Below the pieces are notes generated by a model. The model saw nothing but the letters and a program-made list of their open reading frames with translations. It was not told the origin of the DNA and made no database searches. A stretch of 64,000 bases of DNA from Podarcis tiliguerta. Taxonomy: Eukaryota. Every line of letters starts with the position of its first letter. Position 1 is the first letter of the stretch. Positions 60,301 through 64,000 of this stretch are shown here, one piece after another. Location of the stretch: NCBI GenBank assembly GCA_965153285.1, contig OZ229111.1; one strand, written 5' to 3'. Made by a program: the position numbers and the translations under genes.

Positions 60301-61827
60301 AACACGGTCCAGAGCAGACTACGCCATCGAGCAAGTTGGAAAAGGAAGCTTGCAGGAACTTAAAGAAAGCAGGTGTAGTTGGGGTACTTTGTTTTGTTTT
60401 TGCTTAATTTTTTTTAAAATCCAGGCACAGACACACCCAGATCCCAATCCAACTGTGGATATTTTATCTGGAGCTGTCCTGAAATGTCCTTTTTCACATT
60501 CTTTACTCGATGGATATGGATGCTGTCTGGAGAGAGCCTTATCCTATTGCTTCTGGAGGTCCCCCTCAGAGGCACTGCCTTGCCTCCAATACGGTACTCT
60601 CACGCTGGGATATGTCCAAATGATATGAATCCCAACCTCTGGGTTGACGCACAGAGCACCTGCAGGAGAGAATGCGACACTGACCTGGTAAGCGATGCAC
60701 TTTTGTTTCTCCTCTTAAGTTTAAATTTAATTGCCTTCCTAAATATGATAGCGGCTGGGTGTGTTGATGCTTTGTTTACTATAGCAGAGCACATTAATTG
60801 TTAACAGTCCTTTCAAAACTAAACCAAACCCTGGCCAGCAAGAGAGGGATGTGTAAAAGGCATAGCCTCGCCTACTTGGATGCTAGTTCAGAGATCTGAT
60901 TATCTGTTGGGCTGACAGCTCTCTAATTCCAGGCCAATTCCTGTGAAAGCTGAAGATGGAAATCAGTCCCGTTCTGTTGCAAAGTTAATCGTGTGAAGAC
61001 ACATGCTGAGCAATGCACACACGCACAGCAGGGATCCGTTTTTGACAATCACAACAGTGTCAAAAGCCAATCTGTGCCAAGGCAGCACATACCACAGGGC
61101 TTGCTGCAGGACTTTTCCCTTTGGCTGCCGTTCACTGTGTGTCCGTATTCATTGTGTCTTGCCTCGACAGGTGCATTTCAAGAATACTAGACACACACAC
61201 ACACGGGACTCCATGGTAATGCATACAACCACCATGCCAATCCCACCTATTTTTGAAGCCCACTTGCTTCTAAAGGCAGGAATTTAAATTGCCTCCGTAG
61301 GCACAGCATGGCCCTGACAGCACCTATTTTAAAGCCCAGCAGTGGCAGAAGAAATGACTCAGTAAAAATGACAGCTTGGGCAGGACCTCCTGCATAGCAC
61401 TTCCAGATCCAAATGCAACTTGAGCTGGCAAGTGAGAAAAGGCTGCTCATCCAGCGGTCAGCGCTGCCAGCTCATTGTGGCATCCAGGCACCCACCTGTG
61501 CTCTTTCTGCATCACACACCTGCCTGGAATAATAGAGTGCACTTGCCATCACTGAGTTTGTGGTCTCTGTCAAATGCCGCTCTGAAAAGAATCCTTGCAG
61601 GATGCTGTGAAGTTTGTAGTGTACCAAGAGCAGCGAAAGCTTTCTCGGCACTCACATGCCAAAGAGGTATTGTTGCAGTGCAGTCACCTGTGTGACCTAG
61701 TAAAAGCAGCACTCCTGAATGAAGGATACATTTCAATTTGTGGATGGTCGCTTTTTGAAAGAGTGACTGAGCAACCTTTCCCCTCTTGCTTTTTGTTTTT
61801 GGTAAAGTAAAAACACGCTACAGCATG

Positions 61828-61950
61828 ATGTGGCTCAGTTGGTTATAGAATGATGCTGATAACGGCAAGGTTGCAGGTTTGATCCTCGTATGGGACAGCT
61901 GCATATTCCTGCATTGCAGGGAGTTGGACCAGGTGACTCTATGACTCTAT
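61828..61950 (+). mobile_element. tRNA-head / CR1-tail SINE copy
   Basis: GGCTCAGTTGGTTATAGAATGATGCTGATAAC...GGTTTGATCC...TTCCTGCATTGCAGGGAGTTGGAC; aligns by eye with 29603-29721. Confidence 0.8.
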
Positions 61951-64000
61951 ATGCACCTTAGTTGCTTTTTCACCCCCAAGGAGGAAAGTAACACGGCAGT
62001 TCTCATACAACTTCTGTCAAACAGATACATTCCCTCCAATGGCACTGATGCAAGAAGAAACACATTGCGGAAACTCCTAAGTCATTTGGAAGTGACCCCC
62101 AAGAGTCACTGAATTTCCATTCTATTCATGTTTCCAGAATATCTGGTTACAAAGGACAGTTCTGGTGACAAGCAGTGTGTCCCATTCCAGATTCCAAGCT
62201 GAGAACTTGAGAGGAGATATGACTGAAATGCTTTAGAACACACACACACAAATATTCTGCTGGTTAAATTGTGTCATTTATGAAATCAAGAGGTTGTGGT
62301 TGCGATCAAAGTAGATTACCAGGCCAATTTCTTCATTGATTCTTAAGCAATTGCTTGGAATAGGAAGATTTCTAGGGTACAGATGAAGCAGCATTAAATT
62401 CAAGAGCTGTACCCAAGAATCACCTGGGTGACTGTGCTTGATGGAGACCCTGTCATGCAATGTGCCTCTCAAATCACGCAGTCAGCTAAATGTCTAACTA
62501 AGGCGTACCCCACTTTCCATCAGCTACCCACAAGACACAAGGAAAACAATTGTCAATGATTCTCCCGCAAAGGCTTTGCAAAGTGTTTCAAAGAGTTTAC
62601 TGGCCCCAAACCAAATAATCAAAAACCTCCTCACTATAAATAAATTTGAATGTGCCATCTGCAGACCCTGTCCCTCAGCCCAATTAAAACACTGTCGATA
62701 TATTACATGGTGCACATGCACAAGCCACATTTCATACCTGAAGTTCCAGTGGAATTTAGAGAGCTAGGGCATAAACCCAGCCCCCAAAACAATATGCAAT
62801 TCCAGTTAAAAGAAAGAAACAGAAAGATTGAAATGGATGTTTGTGCTGCCATTGAATTCAATGGGATTCATTTGTGCCTTTCTTGTGCACAATGGGACAG
62901 TCTACCTTGGGGTCCCTTCCAAATCCACAATTCTATGAACATTCTAAGCACCAATATTCTGCATCAGTTGTAGTTCTTGAGTGCTCTTCAAAGGCAGCCC
63001 ACCTACAGATTCACAGAGCTGGAAGGCCGTATGGACATCCTGTAGTCCAACTTAATGCTCAGTGCAGAAGTTACAATACAGGATGCATCTAAAGCATCCC
63101 TGAGAGATAACCATGCAAGCTCTTTTTCCTTTTCTTTTTAATGATAATAATAAAACACTCCAGAGGCAGACTGTCCCATTGTCAAGAACAGGCTGAACTC
63201 TTATTGCCAAATTGGCTTTCCTATTGGCCAAAGCCCCAAAGCATCTCTGTCTTGTCTCAGCTCTTTAGCTCACTTGCAGCTCATCACAATCCCATAAACA
63301 GATTGCAGATTTCCATTGCTTCCCTGGCATCAGATGGAAAGGAGAGAGAGGGTGCAGTGTAATCTGCAAATTTAACTCCAAATCCCTGGATGATTCCAGC
63401 TGCCATACTAAACAGCATGGAGGCAACAAGGGCAAAGCTGTGCCTTCCTGTAAGCCAGGGGTGTGGCTCTGCTTTTCACCACCCTTGAGTGTTTTTACCA
63501 GGCTAAAATGCATAATGCTTCTTGATACTAATGACATTTCCCAAAAAAGTAAATGCCAGGTGCTGAAGAGAGGGGATGGGCTGATAGTCATTTGCCCTGC
63601 AGCATATGGGGAGGTCTAAGTCATCCCTCTTTGCTGTGGTCTCAGTAAAATTCATCCCCCACCCCGAAATGGCAATTGACATTTGAGCAGGAACCTCCCA
63701 ATTTACTGCTCTGAGGACAAACTCTCCACACTTATCACCCTATCAGATGAGCCTAAACCCAACAATATAACTGATTGATAATCTCAATCGGTTCGGGACC
63801 TTTCTATTCTCCTACAGGAGCCTTGGAGCTAGAACAATAAGAGGCCACTCACGGATGTTCATGAATGACAGGCCAGAAAGCTGTCATGACTCAGCCAACA
63901 AGGAGCATATGTGGTTGGCTTGCAGGAAGTTCTGGAAACATCCCCTCAAGAAGCAAACCACTTTGTTCAAGTGGCTAAAGCACCCCTCGATCTAGATTAC

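Overview
Vertebrate genomic DNA from a squamate reptile, probably a lacertid lizard (inferred from Sauria SINE and Squam3-like SINEs, L2/CR1 LINE pieces and TA-flanked Tc1/mariner MITEs). Three intron-containing genes were reconstructed by hand from splice signals and reading frame. (1) ANKRD40, minus strand: coding exons 1-3 at 4864-4731, 2108-1960 and 1428-949; the rest lies left of the window. (2) LUC7L3, plus strand: a complete gene with 10 coding exons from 6786 to 25460 (431 aa), followed by a dense set of alternative 3' splice sites reaching about 27.2 kb and possibly a 3' UTR to about 28.3 kb. (3) An intact 5-exon, 358-aa ANKRD40 paralog on the minus strand (37963-29025), at the position where mammals carry the truncated ANKRD40CL. 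The remaining ~26 kb (38.4-64 kb) appears gene-free, with repeats and candidate regulatory elements. A 290-nt assembly gap lies at 25894-26183. The most interesting signals are the competing donors, microexon and hairpin at the LUC7L3 3' end, several candidate poison exons that may form a splice-site-class autoregulatory circuit, the full-length ANKRD40CL, and a fold-back templated insertion at a SINE junction. Nearly all other ORF-track entries are spurious or repeat-derived.
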